Source: an uncultured Holophagales bacterium (lineage in GTDB: Bacteria; Acidobacteriota; Thermoanaerobaculia; Multivoradales; UBA5704). From it: a DNA stretch of 64,000 bases. The notes under the pieces were generated by a model. That model was not told the origin of the DNA. It searched no databases and saw only the letters and a list, made by a program, of their open reading frames with translations. Location of the stretch: assembly GCA_963842525.1 (NCBI GenBank), contig CAWJGT010000003.1:288001-352000 (forward strand), read 5' to 3'. Position 1 is the stretch's first letter. Every line of letters starts with the position of its first letter. Positions 53,424 through 63,192 of the stretch are shown here, piece by piece. The position numbers were made by a program, and so were the translations under genes.

Positions 53424-54518
53424 TCAGAACCAACCCTTCTTTCTGAAGAAGCGGACCAGCAGCAACCCCACGATCGCCATCAACCCGAGGGCGAACGGGT
53501 AGCCGAAATACCAGTTGAGCTCCGGCATGTTGAGCGGGCTCGCCTCGGGGTTGAAGTTCATCCCATAGACGCCGGCGATGAAGTTCAACGGGATGAAGAT
53601 GGTCGAGATGATCGTGAGCACCTTCATGACCTCGTTGAGGCGGTTGCTGATGCTGGAGAGATAGACCTCCTGCAGGCCCGACGCGAGGTCGCGGTAGGTT
53701 TCGATCATGTCGATCACCTGCACCGTGTGGTCGTAGCAGTCGCGCAGGAAAACCCGGGTCTCGGGGCGGATCAGATGCGATTCCTCGCGCTGGAAGGCGC
53801 TGATCAGATCGCGCTCGGGCCAAGCGGCGCGTCGCAGCGCGAGCAGGTCGCGTTTGATCTGGTGCACTTCGTGGAGGACCTGCGGCGAAGGGCGGAGGAT
53901 GACCTCGTCCTCCAGGGACTCGATCTTCTCGCCGAACTTTTCGAGCGCCGGAAAGAACTCGTCCACCAGGGCGTCGATCAGCGCATAGACGAGATAGTCG
54001 GAGCCCATGGTGCGGATCTGGCCACCGACCTTGCGGATGCGCTGGCGGACCGCCTCGAAGGAGTCGCCCGGCACCTCCTGGAAGGTGATCACATAGTTGT
54101 TGGCCATGACGAAGCTGATCTGTTCCGTCTCCAGCTCTTCCTTGTAGATCAGCGACCTCATCACGATGAAGTGATACGAGCCGTAATCCTCGATCTTGGG
54201 CCGCTGCCCGCAGTTCACGATGTCTTCCAGGGTGAGGCGATGGATATCGAAGATCCGGCCCACGGCCTCGATCAGGGAGACGTCATGGAGCCCTTCGATG
54301 TTGATCCAGGTGACGGTCGGCGTGTCGCAGTAGCGGGCCAGTTCCTCGACGTTTTCGATGACCTTCTCTTCGAAACGGCCGGGTCCGTAATCGATGACCG
54401 TGATCCGGGTCGGACCCGCCGACGGGGTGTCGGGGGCACGGAGCGTCCCGGGCGCGGTGCCCGGGGTGTGATAGCGCTTGCCCATCCTGGACCGCCGCTT
54501 GCCGCCATTGCGAGCCAT
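53424..54518 (-). CDS. corA: magnesium/cobalt transporter CorA
   Basis: WINIEG, QRPKIE, NEVMKVLT, YGMNF, MPEL. Confidence 0.95.
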   Translation of the reverse strand: MARNGGKRRSRMGKRYHTPGTAPGTLRAPDTPSAGPTRITVIDYGPGRFEEKVIENVEELARYCDTPTVTWINIEGLHDVSLIEAVGRIFDIHRLTLEDIVNCGQRPKIEDYGSYHFIVMRSLIYKEELETEQISFVMANNYVITFQEVPGDSFEAVRQRIRKVGGQIRTMGSDYLVYALIDALVDEFFPALEKFGEKIESLEDEVILRPSPQVLHEVHQIKRDLLALRRAAWPERDLISAFQREESHLIRPETRVFLRDCYDHTVQVIDMIETYRDLASGLQEVYLSSISNRLNEVMKVLTIISTIFIPLNFIAGVYGMNFNPEASPLNMPELNWYFGYPFALGLMAIVGLLLVRFFRKKGWF

Positions 54519-54590
54519 GGCTCCTCCTGCCGCCCCATCGGGCGGTTCCTCCGAGATTATCGCGGACGTGAACGGGGTGAGGGGCCGCCG

Positions 54591-55856
54591 TTACGTGCAG
54601 ACGCTCCGGCCCAGGGCGCCGGCGAGCGCGGCGCAGGCGTCGACCTGGCCGATGGCGGGGGAGGTGTCGCCTGGCTCCGAGGGGAGGAAGCGGGCGGTCC
54701 GCCGGATGAGGGCGGCGAGCTGCTGCGGGGTGAGCTTCGGCTCCCGTTCGAGGAGCAGGGCGGCGATCCCCGAGACCTGGGCGGCCGCGAGCGAGCTGCC
54801 TGAAAAGAAGTCATATGATCCATGCGGGACGGTGCTGAGGATGTCCACCCCCGGCGCCCCCAGCGAGCCCCGGGCCCGCGAGCGGGCCCGCTGCCGCCCC
54901 TCGGCGTCGACCCCCTGCACGCCGAGGACCCCTTGGAGAGTGGCAGGAAAGCTCGGACCGCCATCCCCGGCGTCCGCCGCCACGACCATGATCCCGCGGG
55001 CGAGCGCCACGCCCAGCAGCCGGGCGAGCAGCGGATCGTGCGGGCCGGCGAGGCTGAAGTTGAGGATCTGCGCCCCCTGCACGATGGCGAAGTCGACGGC
55101 CTTGGCCAGCGTGTAGCTGTCGCACAGCGCCTCGCGGGTCGCGGGACCCTTCTGCCAACAGGCCTTCAAGGCGAAAATCTCGGCCTGCGGAGCCACCCCG
55201 ACGATGCCCACCTGGTTGTTCGTCGCCGCGGCGATCACCCCCGCCACGGCCGTGCCGTGGACGTCGCTGGTGAAGGCCTGCTGGCTGCGATCGACGAAGT
55301 TGCTGGCCTTCACGATCCGCCCCTGGAGGTCCGGATGGTCGAGGTCGACGCCGGTGTCGATGACCGCGATCCGGATCCCCTTCCCGGTCGACCAGTGGTG
55401 GGCCTGCTCCAGGTGGAGGACCTGGACGCTCCTCTGGAGATGGACGTAGGGGTCGTTGTACCCCTGCCGGGCGGCCAGCGTCGCGAACGTCGCGATCGCC
55501 TGCGCGGATTCGACCCGGGGATCGGAGGAGAGACGGCGGAGGATGTCCTCGACCGGACGGTTGCGCGGGACCTCGAAGACCACGCACTGCTCGCCGAGCG
55601 TGGCGAGGGTCCACGAGAAGACCGTGCGCAGGCGGTAGGTCTGCGCCAGCTCGCCGGTCACGCGCGACCAGATCGCCGGCGGCGCCGGCGCCAGCATGAC
55701 CATCACCTGCCGGGCCGTGGCCTCGCCCGTCGTGGCCTCGCCGGCCGTGGCCTCCGTGGCTGCTGCGGGTGGAGCCGCTTCCGGACGGCCGGGCCCGGGC
55801 GTGCTGCCGGCGCAGCCCCCCAGGCCGAGAAGGAGCACGGCGAGGAGCGCCCTCAC
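54591..55856 (-). CDS. S8 subtilisin-like serine peptidase, lipoprotein
   Basis: IAVIDTG, HGTAVAG, SGSSLAAAQVSG; lipobox LGGC after GTG 55856 (alternative GTG 56003 reads through a repeat). Confidence 0.88.
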   Translation of the reverse strand: MRALLAVLLLGLGGCAGSTPGPGRPEAAPPAAATEATAGEATTGEATARQVMVMLAPAPPAIWSRVTGELAQTYRLRTVFSWTLATLGEQCVVFEVPRNRPVEDILRRLSSDPRVESAQAIATFATLAARQGYNDPYVHLQRSVQVLHLEQAHHWSTGKGIRIAVIDTGVDLDHPDLQGRIVKASNFVDRSQQAFTSDVHGTAVAGVIAAATNNQVGIVGVAPQAEIFALKACWQKGPATREALCDSYTLAKAVDFAIVQGAQILNFSLAGPHDPLLARLLGVALARGIMVVAADAGDGGPSFPATLQGVLGVQGVDAEGRQRARSRARGSLGAPGVDILSTVPHGSYDFFSGSSLAAAQVSGIAALLLEREPKLTPQQLAALIRRTARFLPSEPGDTSPAIGQVDACAALAGALGRSVCT

Positions 55857-55999
55857 CCCCTGGCCCCCTCTCCCGTGCGTCCTCCATCCCCGCACCCCGA
55901 ACGGGAGAGGGGGAAGAGGAGAAGGCCGGGTGGCGGCGCCCCTCTCCCGCTCGGGGAGGGGGGTGGTGGCCGCGCGGGGGAGGGGTCGGGGGAGGGGGC
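55850..55999. repeat. family A composite REP-like element between anti-sigma and S8 genes
   Basis: CCCTCACCCCCTGGCCCCCTCTCCC..GGGAGAGGGG and a second CCCCTCTCCC..GGGGAGGGG hairpin. Confidence 0.72.
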
Positions 56000-56758
56000 T
56001 CACCGGGCGGACCCTCCCGAGCCGCCGTTCACGGGCTCGGCGAAGCTCACCTTCGGCCGGGCGCGCAGGTTGGCGAGCACGCGGTCCAGGGGATCGGGCC
56101 CGGCGGGGACCTCCACGGTGTAGACGCCCAGCGCCGAGGGCCCGGAGACGATCTGGCCGCGCAGGCTCAGGAGGAGGTCCCGGATCTCCTTCTCCGTGGC
56201 GCCGTCGGCGAAGACCACCCGCACCAGGATGCCCGGGGTGCCTGGGGTGTCCGGAGATGTGGGCGGGCGCGCAGCCGTCTCGGGATCCGACAGCGTGCGG
56301 TAGATCGCCGGCGCCGCCGGCGGTTGTCCAGGCTGGGGCTCGGCTGCCGGACGCCAGAGCAGGAATCCCGCGAGCCCCACGACGAGCAGGAGCTGGGCGG
56401 CCAGGGCACCGCGGATCAAGGGTGGAGCCGCGGCGATCCCGGAGCGGAGGGCGCGGAACGGCGCAAACATCCGCCGCCTATCCTTGTCGTGGCGGTCGCC
56501 GAGCCCTTTCTCCTCGGCCTCGATCCGCGCCATCACCCGGGCGAGCTGCGCCGGATGGAGCGACGGCGCGATCTCCTCGGTCTGGCGGACCGCTTCGCCC
56601 AGCCGGCGGCAGGTCTCGAGCTCCGCCTGGCAGCGGAGGCAGCGTTCGAGATGCCCTTCGACCGTGCGCTGCTCGAGCGTCGCAAGCGTTCCGTTGACGT
56701 ACCAGGGGAGCAGCTCCCAGACTCTCCGGTGCAGGCGCTCCTCGCGATCCTTGATCAT
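56000..56758 (-). CDS. zf-HC2 anti-sigma factor
   Basis: LLPWYVNGTL, HLERCLRC, one TM segment, YRTLS. Confidence 0.88.
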   Translation of the reverse strand: MIKDREERLHRRVWELLPWYVNGTLATLEQRTVEGHLERCLRCQAELETCRRLGEAVRQTEEIAPSLHPAQLARVMARIEAEEKGLGDRHDKDRRRMFAPFRALRSGIAAAPPLIRGALAAQLLLVVGLAGFLLWRPAAEPQPGQPPAAPAIYRTLSDPETAARPPTSPDTPGTPGILVRVVFADGATEKEIRDLLLSLRGQIVSGPSALGVYTVEVPAGPDPLDRVLANLRARPKVSFAEPVNGGSGGSAR

Positions 56759-56770
56759 CTACCCTCCTCC

Positions 56771-57340
56771 TCAACCCGCGTGGCCCGAGATCCCCATCTC
56801 CGGCAGCAGCTCCCTGAGCCGCCTGCGGGCATGAAACATCCTCGTCTTCACCGTATTGACCGGACAGCCCAGGATCTCCGCGATCTCCTGGTAGGGAAGA
56901 CCGTAATAGTAGGTCAGCTCCACCACGGCCCGTTGCTCGGCCGGCAAGGCCCGTAGAGCCCGGCCCAGGAGGCTCGCCAGCTCCCTGCGGGCGAGCAGGC
57001 TCTCCGGCTCGTCGCGCTCCACGGGCTCGGCGGTCTCGGACGCCTCGCTGTCCTCCGGCCGCGCACCGGCCGGCCGCCGCGCCAAGGCCTTGAGGGCCTT
57101 GTGGTAGGCGATCCCGAAGATCCAGGTCGAGGGCCGGGAACGGCCGTCGAAGCTCGCCGCTCCCCTCCATATCGCGAGCATGACGTCATTCAAGACCTCC
57201 TCGACCACGTCGACCCGCCGCGTCAGCTTGAAAAGATAGGCAAAGAGGCGCCGATAGTACTGCTGATACAGAGCCTCGAAGGCCCTACGGTCCTTGGCCG
57301 CGATGCGGCGGAGAAGGGAGAGCTCTGAGTCTGGAGCCAT
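56771..57340 (-). CDS. ECF RNA polymerase sigma factor
   Basis: AFEALY, STWIFGIA, YQEIAEILGCPVNTVKTRMFHAR. Confidence 0.92.
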   Translation of the reverse strand: MAPDSELSLLRRIAAKDRRAFEALYQQYYRRLFAYLFKLTRRVDVVEEVLNDVMLAIWRGAASFDGRSRPSTWIFGIAYHKALKALARRPAGARPEDSEASETAEPVERDEPESLLARRELASLLGRALRALPAEQRAVVELTYYYGLPYQEIAEILGCPVNTVKTRMFHARRRLRELLPEMGISGHAG

Positions 57341-57357
57341 GAGCCGCCTCGTGTCCA

Positions 57358-57428
57358 GTATGTCCCGGAAACGGCGGAAAGGTTCACATCGCGCGAGAAG
57401 AACCTTTTTCCGCCCATGGAGGACACAC
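57358..57428. promoter_or_regulatory. divergent pair of ECF-type promoters
   Basis: Minus strand GAACC-15-GGACATAC; plus strand GAACC-16-GGACACAC; both spacers contain TTTCCGCC. Confidence 0.55.
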
Positions 57429-57483
57429 GGACAGCCGCGATCCTGCCCAGGCATCGCGTGCACTGCGAAAAGGAGGTCAGCTC

Positions 57484-57912
57484 ATGTCGCGGACTCGTGG
57501 GTTCCTGCTGCTTCTGCTTGCGGTCCTGGCCGTTCCACTGATCATCTCCTCGTGTGGAGGAGGTGGCGGCGGCAGCTCGTCTCCGACGGCGCCGCCGGCG
57601 CCGGCGCCACCGGTGGTCGTGGTGGTGCAGGTGAGGGACTTCGGCTTCGAGCCCAGATCGATCACCGTCCAGCCGGGCGATACGGTGCGCTGGGTGCTCG
57701 CCGGCGCCGACCGCACGCACACGGTCTCGGCCCGCGACGGCTCGTTCGACAGCGGCGTGTCGTTCAGCAGCGCTGCGGGCGTCTTTGAGCGGCGGTTCGA
57801 CACCGCGGGGACCTGGGAGTACTGGTGCTCGTCCCACCGGGACTGCTGCTCGATGCAGGGCTCGGTCCGCGTCGGCACCAACTCGCCGCCGCCGATCCCG
57901 GGATACGAATAG
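57484..57912 (+). CDS. cupredoxin (plastocyanin/amicyanin-like) lipoprotein
   Basis: Lipobox ISSC; FEPRSITVQPGDTVRW; H...YWCSSH....MQG copper ligands. Confidence 0.85.
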   Translation: MSRTRGFLLLLLAVLAVPLIISSCGGGGGGSSSPTAPPAPAPPVVVVVQVRDFGFEPRSITVQPGDTVRWVLAGADRTHTVSARDGSFDSGVSFSSAAGVFERRFDTAGTWEYWCSSHRDCCSMQGSVRVGTNSPPPIPGYE

Positions 57913-57952
57913 AGGGAAAGCTGGTCCCGAATTTCTCGAGGAGATCTCTTTT

Positions 57953-59325
57953 ATGCGACACCGCTGTGTCCTGTGGCCGGTCGTCCTGCTCGCCGTGTTG
58001 CTGGCTCCGCTCTCCGTCCAGGCGGCCAACGTGACCGTCAACGTCGTGGATTTCGCCTTCAACCCCAGCACGGTCAACATCCAGGAAGGCGACTCTGTGA
58101 CCTGGACCAACCAGGGCGGCACCCACAACGTCATCGCCGACGACCTCAGCTTCCGCTGCTCCAACGGATGCGACGGAGCCGGCGGCAACGGCAACCCCTC
58201 GTCCGCCGCATGGACCGCGACCCGGACGTTCAACCAGGCCGGGTCGTTCGGCTACCACTGCGAATTCCACGGCGTCGGGATGAGCGGGACGATCGTCGTC
58301 CAGGGCGGAGGAAGCACCCAAGAGCCGGGCGCTCTGCGCTTCAGCCCGGCGAGCACCACGGTCTCCGAAGGAGCCGGCTCGGCGACGGTCACGGTGCAGC
58401 GCATCCTTGGTGACGACGGCGCGGTGTCGGTCCAGTACGCGACGAGCAACGGCACGGCACAGGCCGGCTCCGACTATTCGGCGAAGAGCGGCACCCTCTC
58501 CTGGGGCGACAGCGACGACGCTCCCAAGGCCTTCATGGTCGCGATCACCAACGACACCTCCGCCGAGGGAAACGAGACGATCAACCTGGCCCTGAGCAAT
58601 CCCACCGGCGGCGCGGTGCTGGTCTCTCCGAGCAGCGCGGCGATCACCATCACGGACAACGACGGCAACCCGGGGACTGTGCCTGCGACGCCCACCGATC
58701 TCAAAGCCGAGGCCCACTCGACGTCCGAGGCCATGCTGGCCTGGAAGGACGTGAGCAACGAGACGGGCTACCGGATCGAACGCAAGGTTTTCGGCGGCAC
58801 CTATCAGGAGGCCGCGACCGTACCGGCGAACACGACGACTGCCATGGTCCCCGGTCTGAGCGCCGCGACCTTCTACCTCTTCCGCGTACGCGCCGAGAAC
58901 GGCGCCGGCTTCTCGCCTTATTCGAACGAGGCCTTCGCATCCGCGTTCGATGTGCCGGCCCCGTGCGTGGACTCGCCGACGACCCTCTGCGTGAACAACG
59001 GCCGCTTCCGCATCCAGGCCCTGTGGCGGACGGGCGACGGTGTCGGCGGCAGTGGCGACGGCATGGCCCTGCCCATCGACTCCGCACCCGATTCGGGGCT
59101 CTTCTACTTCTTCAGCCCGTTCGAACCTCGAGATGCTGATCAAGGTCCTGAACGGCTGCAGCCTCAACAACCGGTACTGGGTCTTTTTCGCAGCGACCAC
59201 GAACGTCGAGCTTCTCGGTCGTGGTGACAGACGTCACCAACGGCCGCACGAAGAGCTATTTCAACCCGCTGAACCGGCCTGTCCCGCCGGTCCAGGATAC
59301 GAGCGCGTTCGCCACATGCCCGTGA
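57953..59325 (+). CDS. secreted cupredoxin + Calx-beta + FN3 + Cys-bounded C-terminal domain; frameshifts near 59120 and 59215
   Basis: HNV..YHCEFHGVGM; GTAQAGSDY..EGNET..TITDND; FN3 YLFRVRAEN; LCVNNGRF...LEMLIKVLNGC...WVFFAATTNVE...DTSAFATCP. Confidence 0.8.
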
Positions 59326-59577
59326 AGGTCGGGTGACGGCGGTGCTGCGAAGGGCGCTCGTGTCCGACGTGTAGCTGACACGTCGCCAACGTGTGTCAGA
59401 GGCCCCGGAGGGTCCATAGAATGGAACCAGGAATCAGAGCGCCGAATCGCCATAATATTTACTGGAAAAGACTTACCGTTCAGAAGCCCCACAGACAGCG
59501 CTTTGGCAAGGCGTTGCTCTCGGCGTCCCCAATCAGTCAACTGCGTCCGATGACGCAAGAAAGGGGATCCTGTCACC

Positions 59578-60274
59578 TTGCCGTTCGGGTTCCTGGCTCA
59601 AGCTACCGCAAACAGCACCACACAGTTCAGCATCCTCGCCTTGCGGGGTACGCAAACCTATGCCGAGTGGCTCAACGACATCGATGCTGTACCGGCTACG
59701 TTCGACCTTGCGAATGATGCCGGAGACGTTCACGCAGGCTTCTATGGCCAATATACTGTTGGCACGGATGGGACCGCCTCTCAGTCGGGAAGCCGGCCGG
59801 CGGGCTCCCTGGCCCAACAGATCGGCGACCTGTTCGGGAACGGTGGTCTCCTGAACGCGAGCGGGCTGCCGCTCTACGTGACGGGCCACAGTCTTGGGGC
59901 GGCTCTCGCCGTGCTCGCGGCGATGGACGTGGCGAGCAACTTCGCCTCCAATGTGAGCTCCCCTGACGATGTATCACTTTGCACCGCCACGGATCTCCAC
60001 GGACGGCCTTTTCACCTCCGACACGGTATTCGCGGACGCCTTTCAGAAGGCGGTGCCGGGCAGCTTCGCAGTGGTTAACGCAGCCGATATCGTGCCGATC
60101 CTGCCACCGTCTTCACTGGCCTTGGGGCCTTTCACCCTCGAGTTCGTGTCTGCCGTAGCGCCGGGCAATACGGTCACCTATTGCGGCCAGCTTGGCGACA
60201 TCCTTCTCAACCATTCACTCGTAGACAATTACCTCCCTTATACCACGGCACTCGAGCAGGGATTCCCGAGCTAG
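59578..60274 (+). CDS. class 3 lipase family protein; frameshift near 59965, 5' end unclear
   Basis: LALRGT, EWLND, VHAGF, VTGHSLG, FAPPR, DIVPILPP, NHS. Confidence 0.75.
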
Positions 60275-60289
60275 AAGCTGCGCGGCCAG

Positions 60290-60440
60290 AAGCCCCGAAG
60301 GGGCCTGGGCATATAGCCTGGCGCTTCAGCGCCAGGTTTGCGCCCCCCAATTTCCTGGAGCCCTGAAGGGGCGCTGGCATTCCATCCACCCGCAGCGGGG
60401 CTCGCGCCCCTCGCCCATGCCGTCGCCCCTTCGGGGCTGA
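60290..60440. repeat. family B REP-like cluster
   Basis: AGCCCCGAAGGGGC, ATAG-CCTGGCGCT-TC-AGCGCCAGG, GCCCTGAAGGGGC, GCCCCTTCGGGGCT. Confidence 0.7.
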
Positions 60441-60483
60441 GGATTGGATGGGGTCGCGGGCACGCTTGGCCGACGGCAGCTTC

Positions 60484-60741
60484 TCACCGGTAGATATCGC
60501 TTCGATGTCCGAGCGCATGAACCACTATGATGTGTTCGCCGTGCAGGACCTCGTAGATGACCCGATAGTCGCCCACCCGGAGCTTGTAGAAATCGGAAAG
60601 ATCGCCGGTAAGAGGTTGTGGCTTGAGGGAATCGAGGTTCTCGGCAAGCCAGTGGAGTCGTTTCACGATCCGAACCCCGACCTGTCTGTCGAGGTTGGCG
60701 AGCTCGCGAGCTGCGAGCTCAAGAATGCGCAACTGATACAT
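60484..60741 (-). CDS. relE: RelE/ParE family toxin
   Basis: LTGDLSDFYKLRVGDYRVIY...LGHRSDIYR. Confidence 0.9.
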   Translation of the reverse strand: MYQLRILELAARELANLDRQVGVRIVKRLHWLAENLDSLKPQPLTGDLSDFYKLRVGDYRVIYEVLHGEHIIVVHALGHRSDIYR

Positions 60742-60744
60742 CGA

Positions 60745-60963
60745 TCAGGCAAGTCCGAGGCGATGTGCTACGTCATCAAACGACTCACCGCGATCACCTC
60801 GTTCGACCGCCGATCGCTGGTGCTCAAGGCGCTGGCGCAGATCTTCCCGTAGCTCAAGCCCGGCGTCGGGGTCGCCGAGGAGCTCGGTGAGCTTGACCGC
60901 GATCAGCTCCTTGAGCATCTCTTTGAGCTCCTCTGTGGTCATGTTGGCAACGGTCCCACCCAT
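60745..60963 (-). CDS. antitoxin partner of RelE
   Basis: MTTEELKEML...GDPDAGLELRE...SFDDVAHRLGL; SD AAGGAG. Confidence 0.75.
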   Translation of the reverse strand: MGGTVANMTTEELKEMLKELIAVKLTELLGDPDAGLELREDLRQRLEHQRSAVERGDRGESFDDVAHRLGLA

Positions 60964-61046
60964 TTGCATCTCCTTCAGAAGCCTGAATCTTAACACCGGA
61001 CCAGGAGACCGCGGCGGTTCCGCTCAGGAAAACCAGAGAAACCGCG

Positions 61047-61152
61047 GAGCCCCAGAAGGTGCCGTCGCCCCGCTGGGGCTTGGGGTCAATCGGGGACCGC
61101 AGACCCAGGGCTCACGCCCTGGGCTACACGCCGCCGCCCCCTCCGGGGCTCA
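61047..61152. repeat. family B REP-like cluster
   Basis: GCCCCGCTGGGGC; CCCAGGG-CTCACG-CCCTGGG-CTAC; GCCCCTCCGGGGC. Confidence 0.72.
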
Positions 61153-61241
61153 GAACATGCTCTCTCCGGTAATCTGGCAAAGTAGAATCAGGAGGCCCGG
61201 CCACAGCCCGTGGTGCCGGGGTCAGCGAGGCCAACAGACCC

Positions 61242-62165
61242 ATGGACATTCTCCAGGCGATCGGAAACACCTCGATAGTTCGACTTCGCAAGGTCGTTCC
61301 GCCCGGGTGTGCAGACATCCTTGTGAAGCTCGAGTGGGAGAACCCTACCGGCAGCGTCAAGGACCGGATGGCCCATACCGTGATCTCGCGGGCGGAGGCG
61401 GATGGCCGGCTGAAGCCTGGAGACACCGTGGTCGACTACACGGGTGGCAGCACGGGGGCATCTCTTGCCTTGGTCTGCGCCGCCAAAGGCTACCGTCTCC
61501 AGATCGTCAGCTCCGATGCGTTCAGCCAGGACAAGCTGGATCAGATGGCGGCGCTGGGGGCGCAGCTCACGCTCGTCCCGAGCGAGGGTGGCCTCACCAC
61601 CAGGAAGCTGATCCTGGACATGATCGAGACCGCCCGCGGGTTGAGCCAGGAGCCTCACACGTACTGGACCGACCAGCTCAACAACTACGACAGCATCGCC
61701 GGCTACTATTCGCTCGGGGAGGAGATCTGGCGCCAGACCAACGGCGAGGTCGACGCTTTCGTGCACTGCGCGGGGACGGCGGCCTCTTCGCGCGGCGTGG
61801 CTACCGTGTTGAAGCGGTACAAGCCGAGCGTCAGGATCGTCGTCGTCGAGCCCGCCGAGTCCTCGGTGTTGCTCGGGGGGCAGCCAGGGCCTCACAAGAT
61901 CGAGGGTGTGGGGATCGGCTACACTCCTCCTCTCTGGGATCCGACCCTCGTGGACGAGGTTCTGCCGGTCAAGACGGACGACGCGAAAGACATGGCGAGG
62001 CGCCTTGCGCGGGAGGAGGCGCTCTTCGGAGGGACGTCGTCCGGAGCCAACGTCGTCGCCGCGCTCCAGGTCGCGGAGCGGCTCGGGCCGGATGCCAAGG
62101 TGGTCACGCTGATGGCCGACTCCGGCCTGAAGTACATGAACACCGACGTGTACAGGAGAAGATGA
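61242..62165 (+). CDS. PLP-dependent cysteine synthase family protein
   Basis: KLEWENPTGSVKDR, TGGSTG, HKIEGVG, GTSSGAN, DSGLKY. Confidence 0.9.
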   Translation: MDILQAIGNTSIVRLRKVVPPGCADILVKLEWENPTGSVKDRMAHTVISRAEADGRLKPGDTVVDYTGGSTGASLALVCAAKGYRLQIVSSDAFSQDKLDQMAALGAQLTLVPSEGGLTTRKLILDMIETARGLSQEPHTYWTDQLNNYDSIAGYYSLGEEIWRQTNGEVDAFVHCAGTAASSRGVATVLKRYKPSVRIVVVEPAESSVLLGGQPGPHKIEGVGIGYTPPLWDPTLVDEVLPVKTDDAKDMARRLAREEALFGGTSSGANVVAALQVAERLGPDAKVVTLMADSGLKYMNTDVYRRR

Positions 62166-62252
62166 GGCGGCCGATCGCGTGCTTTGCGTCCAGCACCCCG
62201 AAGACCTGGCAAGCAGGTTGCTGTAGGTCTGTCGGTGAGGAGACCAGAACCG

Positions 62253-63191
62253 ATGGAGGACCAGAACACCCCCCGACCCCGCCGTTTTCGCAGGTACGCC
62301 GCCGTGGTCCTGCTCCTGGTCTCCGCGCTTTGGACGGTCGGTTGGCTGGTGTCGTCGGGTCCCCTCCCCGACCGGGAGCGGATCCGGCAGGAGGCTTCCC
62401 GGCACGGCTTTCGCAGTCCGAATCAGGACGTGAGCGAGCCCGTCCTCCGCGTCCTGTCCTACAACATCCACGGCCAGGCCCATCTCTTCGACAGCCGGTA
62501 CCTGGAACGCATCGCCCGGGTCATCCGCGAGCTCGAGCCGGACGTGGTCGGGCTCCAGGAGGTGCACCGCGGCGGCTGGAAGGCGCGGTACGAGGACCAG
62601 GCGGCAGTGATCGCCCGGCTCACCGGCATGGAGGTGGCCTATGGGCCGAGCTTCGAGGGACGGAGCGCCTCGTTCGGCAACGCCGTGCTCACCTCCGGCG
62701 ACATCGAGCATGTCGAGGTCCTCCCCCTGCCCTCTCCCGGCGAGCCGCGGACCCTCCTGCGCTCCCGCATCCGCGTCGGCTCCTTCGGCCTCGACTTCTA
62801 CGTCACCCATCTCGCCGCCTGGGGACGCCTCGGGCGGTCGGCACGAGGCATGCAGACCAATACGCTTCTCGAAAGGCTCCCGCAGTCGGAGGGGCCTTTC
62901 GTGCTGGTGGGGGACCTGAACGCCGCCCCGGCCGCGCCCGAGCTCCGGCCGCTCCTGGCGGCGCAGCTCTTCCGGATGTGCGGCGATGCGGCGGTCTGTA
63001 CCCACCGGATCATGCGCGAGCGGATCGATTACGTCTTCGCCGATCCGGGCTGGACAACCCTCTCGTCGCGCGCCATCGAGACTGGCCCGTCGGACCATTG
63101 GCCGGTCCTCGTCGAGCTCCGGCGAGACACGGCATCAACCGAGCTGCATCCGAAGCAGGCCCTGAAGCCGGAGCTTCCGGCGGGGAGGTGA
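62253..63191 (+). CDS. endonuclease/exonuclease/phosphatase family protein
   Basis: SYNIH, LQEV, GNAVL, GDLN, IDYVF, SDH. Confidence 0.9.
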   Translation: MEDQNTPRPRRFRRYAAVVLLLVSALWTVGWLVSSGPLPDRERIRQEASRHGFRSPNQDVSEPVLRVLSYNIHGQAHLFDSRYLERIARVIRELEPDVVGLQEVHRGGWKARYEDQAAVIARLTGMEVAYGPSFEGRSASFGNAVLTSGDIEHVEVLPLPSPGEPRTLLRSRIRVGSFGLDFYVTHLAAWGRLGRSARGMQTNTLLERLPQSEGPFVLVGDLNAAPAAPELRPLLAAQLFRMCGDAAVCTHRIMRERIDYVFADPGWTTLSSRAIETGPSDHWPVLVELRRDTASTELHPKQALKPELPAGR

Positions 63192-63192
63192 C

